Source of the DNA: Octopus sinensis
Lineage: Eukaryota
NCBI RefSeq assembly: GCF_006345805.1
Contig: NC_042997.1
Span: 145,886,001 to 145,950,000 of the forward strand
Direction of reading: 5' to 3'
DNA length: 64,000 bases
Shown here: positions 54,105 through 64,000 of the stretch, in pieces
How positions within the stretch are numbered: the first letter of the stretch is position 1
Layout of the letters: every line of letters starts with the position of its first letter
Made by a program: the position numbers and the translations under genes
Notes under the pieces: model-generated
The model's input: the letters and a program-made list of their open reading frames with translations, nothing else
What the model was told of the DNA's origin: nothing
Database searches by the model: none

Positions 54105-54850
54105 CTAGCAACAAAAGATTGATAAGATTTCATAATTGTAAGAAAAATAATATACAATACGATGGTATTTTTTATGAGTATGTATATATGCGCACACAAA
54201 CGCATACATACACACACATGCATACTTACACATACATACATACATACATACATACATACATACATACATACATACATACATACATACATGCATGCATGCA
54301 TACATACATACATACATGCATACATACATACATACATACATAATACATACATACATACATACATACATACATACATACATACATACATACATACATACAT
54401 ACAAGAACAATACAGCAGGGTTATTTTCTGTTTATGAAACAAATGATACCACAAAGCTGGCGTTAAAAGAGATCGGTTTTACAACAGCTCGCGTGCAAAC
54501 GGAACCTACAGCAGAAACCAGCAATTCATAATATGCTGTATCTGAAAAAAAAAAAAAAAAGAAATAATAATATTAATAATAAGTTCTAAGGAATTGAAAA
54601 TTCTTTGTCGGGTGTAGTTAATATTCTTCTCACAAGTTACTTACAGACAACTGATTAAAGAAACATTTAAATTGGTATGACATTACAAACATAGCAAGGT
54701 ATTATTAGCGATCTTATCTTTAGGTATTAGATCAAATAAATATTTTCTTTGTGTATTTTTTCAAATATATGTAGAAGAGCAAACACAGATCTTACATCCA
54801 CGCGCATTCACTTAACACTTTTACAAAGGTAGCATAAACATATATTGCAC

Positions 54851-54936
<86 letters not shown>

Positions 54937-55589
54937 CTTACTCATTTATTTATATACATACGCACACAGACCTAAAAATATATACAACTAAACGAACACA
55001 TTTTCTTCTGCTGCTTTTCTATAGTACATGTATTCTACGATATGTGTGTGTGCGTATAAGTATGTGTGTGTATGTGCGTGTGCCTGAGTGTACAATCACA
55101 TACAAATATGCACACGAACACATGTATATATATGGAGTAGGGGGTGCTCTGGGTTCAGATAATACTTCTAATATTTGGCCCGTTGCTCCCTAATTTGAAG
55201 CGTTCGTTTGCATCACTGATCCTTGATCATATTCTAAATCTCCCCCGTGTAAGTATAAGCACTAGAGCTTGTCAAACCGCTTCAACGAGCGGGAAAAACA
55301 GTGTGATGGAATGTTGTTAACATGGTAACATTAAGCGAATGACTTCCATGACGAAATCACAGCGCACAAAACTTTTACAGACGAATTGTAGCGGTCTGTT
55401 ATAGTCATGTGTAGATTGCGAACAAGGAGGGCCACTTAGTTTTGGCATGTAAATATCTCTATGCCGTACCAATCGCAGTGACCGCTCCATCGTTTTTCTA
55501 TCTAAGAAGATGCAGTAAATAACCATCTGGTGGTGCAATTCAAATGTTCCCGATAGAAACAACATCAGCATTATTATTATCACTATGGC

Positions 55590-55800
55590 CAGGTTCCAAC
55601 CCAGGTTGCAGCAACAAAGTACACCTGTCACACTTCTCAGTCCATCATCATTGCCTCGAGGTCCTGGATACATTCCAGGCCAGTCTTTGTAATCAAGTTG
55701 TCGATGTGTGTCGACGTTTTCCTCTTGTTTGTCACATGGAATGTAAGGACACTGGTGCAAGCAAGAAAATCACAAGAACGGTATTGCGAAGTATGCTGGC
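55590..55800 (-). mobile_element. 3' end fragment of an RTE LINE
   Basis: Seen: KRKTSTHIDNLITKTGLECIQDLEAMMMD*EV, matching the RTE terminal motif TYIDxLxxDTG...MxDRxxW, followed by an (ATA)n tail. Confidence 0.6.
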
Positions 55801-56414
55801 ATCTTCGGGCTCTAAGAAACCAGATGAAAGAACACTGACAAAAATTTATACGAGAGGATCTCATATACACTATATCAGGAAAAATAGTCTTCTATAAAGT
55901 TTAAAAGCCCTATTAAGAGAATTTTCAATATGTTGGGCGCCAAAGAGAAGGAATGAGCAGATGAATCTCTAGTTTTTTTTCCTCAAGTAAAAATATATTC
56001 GACACAGTTGCACCTCATTAGAACAAATGTTAGAGAGGAGTGACTGTACTGAGAAATTCGTGTACACAGGATTTTGTTAACCTAACACTGAATGGAGTTA
56101 GAAAGAGAAAAATAAGGTTGTTTAATCTTCTAGTCATTCACGATGAGTCAACGAATGCTACCACGAAATGCTTAATTCCTAACTAAAGAGCACGTACCGA
56201 GTAAGCCTAACTACTATAAGTCATCTAATGTGCATAATATTAAGATTATCTACTTTTACATCCATTTACACATTACACGCTTCAACAGAAGAATCATCCA
56301 ACATTGTACACTTTGTCACAAGCAGCCGCCTACAACTACCGAAATCGATAAATTTATTCATCGATGAAATATTCATTTTCCAAGATAGTGATCAGTAAAC
56401 AACACTTATCTTAC

Positions 56415-56600
56415 CTGTGTGCATCCCAAGCTGCTACACCTACACAGACCTCAGGAGCCAATGATTTCAAAGGACCTTCAAGAAAAATGTTACGTAGATG
56501 TCCCAATGTATACCAGAGAATGAACAATCCCAACATAAGAGGAATATTCTCAACAATGTCTCCTTTATTCACCATGACTGTGCAAATGCCGATTTTATCT
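56415..56600 (-). CDS. Internal coding exon (186 nt, phase 2/2) of an uncharacterised minus-strand gene: DKIGICTVMVNKGDIVENIPLMLGLFILWYTLGHLRNIFLEGPLKSLAPEVCVGVAAWDAH(R)
   Basis: Seen: acceptor tatcttcacag and donor gtaagat on the minus strand; open frame; phase matches the exon at 54017-54104. Confidence 0.8.
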
Positions 56601-56729
56601 CTGTGAAGATACACACATTTCATCTACAGAATTCTCTATTAGTTGATTTTTTTATGCCATTAACTTTTAGGTAAATTTTACAGAAATTTCAACTTCACTG
56701 AAATTTCTAAAGAAAGGTAGCCTACTCAC

Positions 56730-56777
56730 ATTTCATATGTCAGTGTTACCCACTGTTCAGTAGCAAAACAACAGTTT
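56730..56777 (-). CDS. Possible upstream 48-nt exon (phase 2/2): NCCFATEQWVTLTYE(I)
   Basis: Seen: gtttgttacag acceptor, gtgagt donor, 129-nt intron to the 186-nt exon, frame compatible. Weak pyrimidine tract, and no matching upstream exon found. Confidence 0.35.
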
Positions 56778-57768
56778 CTGTAACAAACCTAACAGTCGTC
56801 CTGCTAGGGGCTCAGTTACCTGACTAGAACTGGTTAAAAAGAACAAGGCTTACACATCATTCAATAAATTGGTTTAGAATTCGCGGCTACTCACTCCTTG
56901 TTATCATCGCATCAACTAACCCAGACGATTTTGCTTCATGTGAAAGAATAAGTATACACAATATGCATACACTCACAGACACACAAACACACATACATTT
57001 ACATAATAATCGTTCAAAGTAGAGTCTGCGGAGTTGCAGCTCAGCCTATCTCGTTAACACTTCTCGAAGACTGAGAACGGAAATCTCGAAATAGTGATTC
57101 ACACAGACGCAACTTTGAACAAATATTATTCTGCATTATCACAAAATATTGGGTTCTTTCTTTATCTTAATAGCAACTCTCATCAGTGTGACTATCATTC
57201 TATCATATGTGTGTCTGTGTATGTATATATGTACGTACGTATGTATGTATGTATGTATGTATGTATGTATGTATGTATGTATGTATGTATGTATGTATAT
57301 GTATGTATGTATGAGTGTATGTATGTATGTATGTATGTAGGTATGTATGTATGTATGTATGTATGTATGTATGTATGTATGTATGTACGTATGTGTGTAC
57401 ATATATATGTACAGATGAAATAGCTGGAACATTTCAAGTAGCATTGTATATACTGTATATACTGGACCAAATCAATCAATGAAGCCATACAGTACAGTGG
57501 TGTACGAAACACTTGTATTTTACTTGTTTTCGATCATAAAATGTCCATGTAGCTGATATTTCGGTGTAAAACATCGCATTGTAAAATTACAGGAAGTCAG
57601 ATATTTTCCGGATTCTATTCTGTTGTTTTAGGTCGTCACATTATCACGTTAGTGTTCTTCTTCGCCACACTTTGGCAATATTGTTGTGTATGTAAATATG
57701 TATGTATATATGCATGTACATATGGGTGTATATACATTGAAGCACATGCATAAATACGAATATATATA

Positions 57769-59028
57769 CGAGAGGGTGTATGAAAAGTTTTGAGCCTAAC
57801 CTAGAAACGGGGCTGCTATATAGCTGAAACAATCTTTTTCTGGTAAGTACAGTTTTTTCGGAGTATTCTTGCTCATTTTCATGATTCTGATATTTTAATT
57901 TTGTTTTGTTGCAGATTTTTGAACAAACAAGCTTCGAGTTTACAAAGAAAATGGAGAAAATTGAGTATCGTGCTGTCATAAAGTACCGTCATTTGAAAGG
58001 CATGACTCTATCAGAAATCCATGAAGATATGTTGAGAACCTTAACAGACAATACTCTTTCATATGCAACAGCCAAACTCTAGGTAAATGAATTCAAGTGT
58101 GGCAGGGAGAGTGTGGAAGATGATCCCAGGCCAGGGAAACCTCCAACTGTAACCACCAAGGACAACATTGACCTTGCTCTTGGTATGATAATGCAAGATC
58201 ACCGGATATCATGTCGCCAGATAGCCGAGAGACTGGGCATCTCAACTGAAAGAGTAGACAACATTGTGACAAAAGAACTTGGGTTCTCAAAGGTTTCTGC
58301 AAGGTGGGTCCCTCACCTTTTGACGCCTGAACAGAAACGCACCAGGTGCACTTTATCCACGAGCAATCTGGAACTGTTTGAAGCCGATGAAGAGAATTTT
58401 CTTGCTTGTTTCATTACTATGGACGAAAGTTGGGTTCATCACTACCAACCTGAAACCAAAGAACAATCAAAGCAGTGGAAGCACACGTTTTCTCCTACCC
58501 ACAAAGAATGCCAGGGTCATTCCTTCAGCTGGCAAGGTCATGGCGTCCGATTTATGGGATTGTCAAGGTGTCTTGCTGATCGATTACCTTGAAAAGGGTC
58601 ACACCGTGACAGGGCTGTATTATTCTTAGCTACTGAAACGCTCCCGAGAAGCAATCAAAGAAAAAAGGCTTAGAATGCTCACCAGAGGAGTCCTTTTTTA
58701 TCACGACAATGCTCCAGCCCACACCTCTGTTGTTGCCATGGCAACAATTCGTGATTGTGGATCGTCAGACTTAGCCCCCTCTGACTTTCATCTATTTCCA
58801 AAAATGAAAAAAGCCCTGGTTGGTCACCATTTTCCTCAGTGACAATGACGTCATAGACGCTGTAGGAAGTTTCTTGGAGTCTCAAACAGAAGAGTTCTTC
58901 TACGCCGGGATAATGACGTTTCAGTATCGCTGGAGAAAGTGTTCAGCCACTGGTGGGGATTATGTTGAAAAATAAATCATCAGAAGTTTTGTACCATGTT
59001 TTGTTTTGGGGGGCTCATACACCCCTCA
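57769..59028 (+). mobile_element. Near full-length mariner transposon with a decayed transposase (ATG 57951, stop about 58975)
   Basis: Seen: MEKIEYRAVIKY, DDPRPGKP, WVPHLLT, ITMDESWVHHY, HDNAPAH, SDFHLFP motifs with stops and frameshifts; imperfect TIRs (cgagagggtgtatga / tcatacacccctca) flanked by TA. Confidence 0.93.
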
Positions 59029-59105
59029 TATAGAAATATAAGCTTATATGATATATGGGCGCACACATTTGTTCGTTTATATGTATGTCTGTGGTGTATG
59101 GGTAT

Positions 59106-59145
<40 letters not shown>

Positions 59146-59164
59146 CACACACACACACACACAC

Positions 59165-59226
<62 letters not shown>

Positions 59227-59879
59227 TATATATTATATTTCGCACTTTTATATATCTACAAGGAACCATTAATATTAAGGAAATAAACATACACACACAC
59301 ATATGTATATTAGTAATACATTTATATACTCAGAACACATATATAAGAAAATATTATATATAGTATATATATTTATATATATATATTTAATATATATATA
59401 TTTATATATATATAGTTATATATTTATATATATAAATAGTATATATATTTATATATACATTTAAACGCACACACAAGCACTTACAAACTGACACACATGA
59501 GTGTGTGCTATGTTTGTGGGTGTGTACGTATGTGTAATTTAAATAGATGTAATTTAGGATTAGCGCTCGGTTCAGCAAAATAGACATCTTTTGATGTGTG
59601 TCTGTCTCTTGAAACATCAAAAGTTATATCGACGCGTGACACAATAACAGCCTGAATATTTCACAACTTGTAGAGTCAATATAACGATTGAATATTTATT
59701 CTTCAGGCCTAGGCAATTTATCATGAGCAGCTAGTGATGCACTTAGATGAAAGACAGCAGATTCATATTGAGGAGTAAGGAAAAAAAAAACCCGGGATAG
59801 TTGTAGAACCAGAACGAGGAAGATAATATGGGCATTTTGATATGAGATGAAATGTGATGGAGGAAAACAGGAATGAAGA

Positions 59880-59883
59880 ATTC

Positions 59884-59917
<34 letters not shown>

Positions 59918-60426
59918 AAGAGGAAGAGAGAGAGAAAGAGAAGAGAGAGAGAGATTGTAAGGAAGTGAGGAAAGAATGAAGGGTGTTGATGTGAATGACA
60001 AAGAGAAAATGTAGAAGAAGAACTAAATGTCTAATGAAAGAAATGGGAAAGAAGAAAAGGTGGTAGAGAGACGCGAGAGAGAAAGGCATAGAAGGAAGTA
60101 TAGGGAGCGGAAGAGAGATGAGTGAGAGTGAGAGACAGGAGTGTTAGAGAATGGGACGTATTTGTGTGTGTGTGAAAGAGAGAGAGAAAGAGAGAAAGAG
60201 AGAGCGAGAGCACGAGAGAGCGTAGTGAGAACGAGATGTGTGCGCGTGTGTGTGAGTGAGAAAGAGATAGAAAGAGAAAGAGACAGAGAGACAGTGAGAT
60301 GAGTAGATCGCGGAAGAGAGACGAACGAAAGTGAGAATGTGTGTTAGAGAATGGGGTATGAGAGTGAAAGAGTGAAAGAGAGAAGAGGAGAAAGAGAACA
60401 TAGTGAGAATAAGGTGTGTGTGTGTA

Positions 60427-60460
<34 letters not shown>

Positions 60461-60833
60461 TGGTGGTGAGTAGAGAGCGAAAGAGAGATGAGTGAGATTG
60501 AGAGAGAGAGGTGTGTTCGTAACTTAGGGCTGATAGAAGGAGAGAGAGAGAGAGAGAGAGAGGGTGAGTGAGAGAGAGACAAAGAGAGAGAGACAGAGAG
60601 AAAGTGAGAGTTGGAAGTGTTGGAGAGAATGCAGTAAAATTGATGTGAGAAGGGGAGAGAGGAGAGAGAGAGAGAGAGAGAGTGTGTGGTGTGTGTGTGT
60701 GTGTGCGTGTGTGTACGCGCGAGATTGTGAAAAGCACTAAGAATATATAAGGGAAGTGAAACAAAACTAGATAAGGAAAAGAATGAGTGAAATAAAGAAG
60801 GAAGGATTTAGAGAACGAGAGACTTAGAGCGTT

Positions 60834-60877
<44 letters not shown>

Positions 60878-61200
60878 GAAGAAGAAGAAGAGGAAGAAGA
60901 AGTAGAAGAAGAAGAAGAAGAAGAAGAAGAAGAAGACGACGACGACGAAGAAGAAGACGACGACGAAGAAGAAGAAGAAGAAGAAGAAGAAGAAGAAGGA
61001 GGAGGAGGAGGAGGAGGAGGGGGAGAGGAGAAGAAGAAGAAGAAGAAGAAGAAGAGAAGAAGATAAGAATAAGAAAGAAAGGAGTAAGGAGAAGAAGAAG
61101 AAGAAGAAGAAGAGAAGAAGAAGAAGAAGAAGAAGAAGAAGAAGAGAAGAAGAAGAAGAAGACTAAGAAGAAGAAGTGGAAGAAAGACAAATATTGAAGA
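59880..61200. repeat. Long purine-rich (GA)n/(GAA)n/(GGA)n tract
   Basis: Seen directly; explains the 494-aa and 183-aa low-complexity ORFs. Confidence 0.95.
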
Positions 61201-61714
61201 CTAAAGGACTGAAAGTAGGAAATCGGAAAAAAAAAAACGATCGAGAAATAGAAAATAGTAAAGATGAAGAACATTGTATTATAAAGCAAAAAAAAAAAGC
61301 AGAGCTGTTCTTTAGTGGTTGTTAGATATGTACAATGAATAGGTAGTTTTAGATATTTAAATAAAGATGAAAGAATAAAGAGGTGGGAGACAGAGAAATA
61401 TCGAGAGAGGCGAAGTAGGAGAGAGAGAGTGAAGCGGGAGAGGTGAAGTGGGAGAGGTGAAGTGGGAGAGACAGCAAAGAAAGTACAAAAAGAATGGTAA
61501 AAAGATGTTATGAGAACTAAAGAAAAGAAATTTGTGTACATCGCTTTTCTTCTTCTCTCGCATCGTATACCAATATACATGCATATATATATATATACAT
61601 ATATATATATACACGCATATATATTCATATATGTATTTGTATTTATGTATCCACATGCATGTATGTGAATCTATATACGCACACACACGCATGCATATAC
61701 ATATTTGTGCACTG

Positions 61715-61760
<46 letters not shown>

Positions 61761-61904
61761 GTCTATGTATATTATTTATGAATGAATAGATGCACTTTAA
61801 AGTGCTACACACACACATACACACATACACACATATAAAGCATGTTAAAGTGCATATATACATTCATAAACATAAAGTCTGAATGCAAAAGCAAAACACA
61901 TTCA

Positions 61905-61954
<50 letters not shown>

Positions 61955-61959
<5 letters not shown>

Positions 61960-62520
61960 GCCTTGATGAAGTAACAGGCAGTGGGTCTCACGGCTTCTGA
62001 TCTGAACTGATTGGAATTGTTATCTTATATATTGTTTTATCTTGGTATAAAGATGGGCTACAACAAATATTCGGCTCAATACCACAGATTTGCTTGTCAG
62101 TTGTTTGACCTTAACCAGTTGAGCATGTCCGTTATTTGCTGACGATATGTGCAACTTTGATCACGAGCAGAAGTAGTGGGGGAGCATCATAGCCATGTGT
62201 TGAGAGGAATTCTTGGGAGTTTGGATAATTCACCCTTGGAAAGATGGGTGTTTCGTTCATTTAACATCCTTAAACAACTCTTATTCAGGGACCTTTTGAG
62301 CAGGATGAGTTATTCGACCTGAAGAAAATTCTAACTGGACTCGACCTGCAAGGTCATGTGCTATTTATCGTGATATGAGATTACCATGTCGCGCTCATGT
62401 GGTTCTGATGCATGTTCCTGGCGTACCCGTATCAGACGGGTTGTCATGATGGATATACTGGGCTTCATATAATTTACCCCATTGTCACTTTGATGGAGTG
62501 CACTGATCTCTCACTCAATA
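61955..62520 (-). repeat. Probable interspersed retroposon 3' region ending in a (TTA)n tail
   Basis: Seen: complex 560-bp block abutting (AAT)n at 61905-61955. Its interspersed nature is inferred; only one copy is in the window. Confidence 0.4.
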
Positions 62521-62571
62521 ATGATGATGATGATGATGATGATAATAATAATAATAATAATAATAATAATC

Positions 62572-62607
<36 letters not shown>

Positions 62608-62608
<1 letters not shown>

Positions 62609-62823
62609 CCTTTCTACTATGGGCACAAGGGCCTGAAATTTTTGGGGGAGGGGAAAGTTGATTCCATCGACTCCAGTGCCTCACTGATACTTATTTCATC
62701 GATCCCAAAAGGATGAAAAGCAAAGTCGACTTCGGCGAAATTTGAACTCAGAGCCTAAAGGCGAACGAAATGCCACTAAGCATTTTGCCCGGCGTCGTGA
62801 CGATTCTGCTAGCTCACCGCCTT
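62608..62823 (-). mobile_element. Family A SINE
   Basis: Seen: reverse-complement consensus match, flanked by (AAT)n and (GAT)n. Confidence 0.8.
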
Positions 62824-62834
62824 AACACTAATAC

Positions 62835-62891
<57 letters not shown>

Positions 62892-63554
62892 CGACGACGA
62901 CGACGACGACGATGACGACGATAAAGCTATTATATTACAATAAAAAGAACTGCGATTACTAAGAACTCAATGCAGAATTTTCAGTAATATAAATATTTAT
63001 TGAAGTTGAAAATGTGCAGGATAATAATTTAATATTAAGAAATGATCAGATTATTTTGAGGAACTATCGATAAAGTAATGCATATAAAATGTTAGTTAAG
63101 AGTTGCGGAGGAGTAAGGTGTAGCGTAACTGCGAGGGAGTTGAGTGAGAGTGGGAGAGAAAAATACAAAGAGGACAAAAAGCAAAAGTGGGAGGACGACT
63201 GTCAATGGTGCAGCAGATCGCTTCATCTAAAAGAGGAAATTTAGATTGTTAATAAAGAATCGATGATAGAAAAAAAAATTGGATAGAAGGTTGTCTCTGT
63301 ATGATCAAAGCCATCACGTCGGTGAAATGTTTTTATTTGAAGAGACTACATTTTCAAAAAGGGAAATTACTCTCATTGACTGTTTTCAGTTATTTAGTCT
63401 GATAAACGTTTCAAAATATTTGAGCGTTTTAAGGCATCTTCTGTGCGCACAAGAGCACACCAAACAGACATCGAAAAATAGCTTTCAATAATTTTCGGAA
63501 TGCACATTATGCACAATTGATTGGAATAGTTATAAGAAGGTAATGATCTGCCGC

Positions 63555-63862
63555 CCCACTTCGGTTATGAATGATCATGGGATTGCATCTAGAAAGTTAC
63601 CCTCTGCGGTACAAGTCCGGGCAAGTAGTCCTTGCATACCAACCTCTCCTCTCCACGCCACCGATGTTATCCAAGGGAACGGCAAAGGCTGATACAACTG
63701 GGCACCAGTGATGCTGCAACTCATTTCTACAGCCGAGTGAGCTGGAGTCACTGGAAATAAAGTGTCTTGCTCAAGAACACTACAAACAGCCCGGTCCAGA
63801 AATCGAACTCACTACCTCATGATTGTGAGCCCGACGCTCTAACCATTGAGCCATGCGTCTTG
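63555..63862 (-). mobile_element. tRNA-headed SINE
   Basis: Seen on the minus strand: tggctcaatggttagagcgtcggg...gagttcgatttctggaccggg head. Confidence 0.65.
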
Positions 63863-64000
63863 ACAAATAACAATAGTCTTTATTTGATGTAGATTTCCCC
63901 ATTAACTTTAAGATGCGAGGCAAAATTGATGGCAAAATGGGTAAACATAATCCTTGCTAGGTAATTTGAATGACTTCGATTTTAAGTTGATGCATGATGT

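Noticed and set aside
60144-61628. 494-aa ORF
   Set aside because: Translation of GA/GAA microsatellites; poly-L/S/F with no domain.

Overview
AT-rich eukaryotic DNA saturated with microsatellites, tRNA-derived SINEs and decayed transposons; the repeat content looks like a cephalopod (Octopus-like) genome (inference, not verified). Most entries in the ORF track are microsatellite translations. By reading splice signals I reconstruct five phase-compatible minus-strand exons (56415-56600, 54017-54104, 46309-46396, 24263-24335, 13607-13665) spread over about 43 kb. They give 164 uninterrupted codons of a protein I cannot name, with three N-glycosylation sequons followed by a hydrophobic segment. 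The introns hold mariner/Tc1 and hAT transposon relics, LINE fragments, many SINEs, long fold-back hairpins, and at least seven minimal type I hammerhead-ribozyme-like motifs of the Penelope-associated kind. One has an intact core, and three share a CCGAUGA core variant. No rRNA, true tRNA or CRISPR array was seen.
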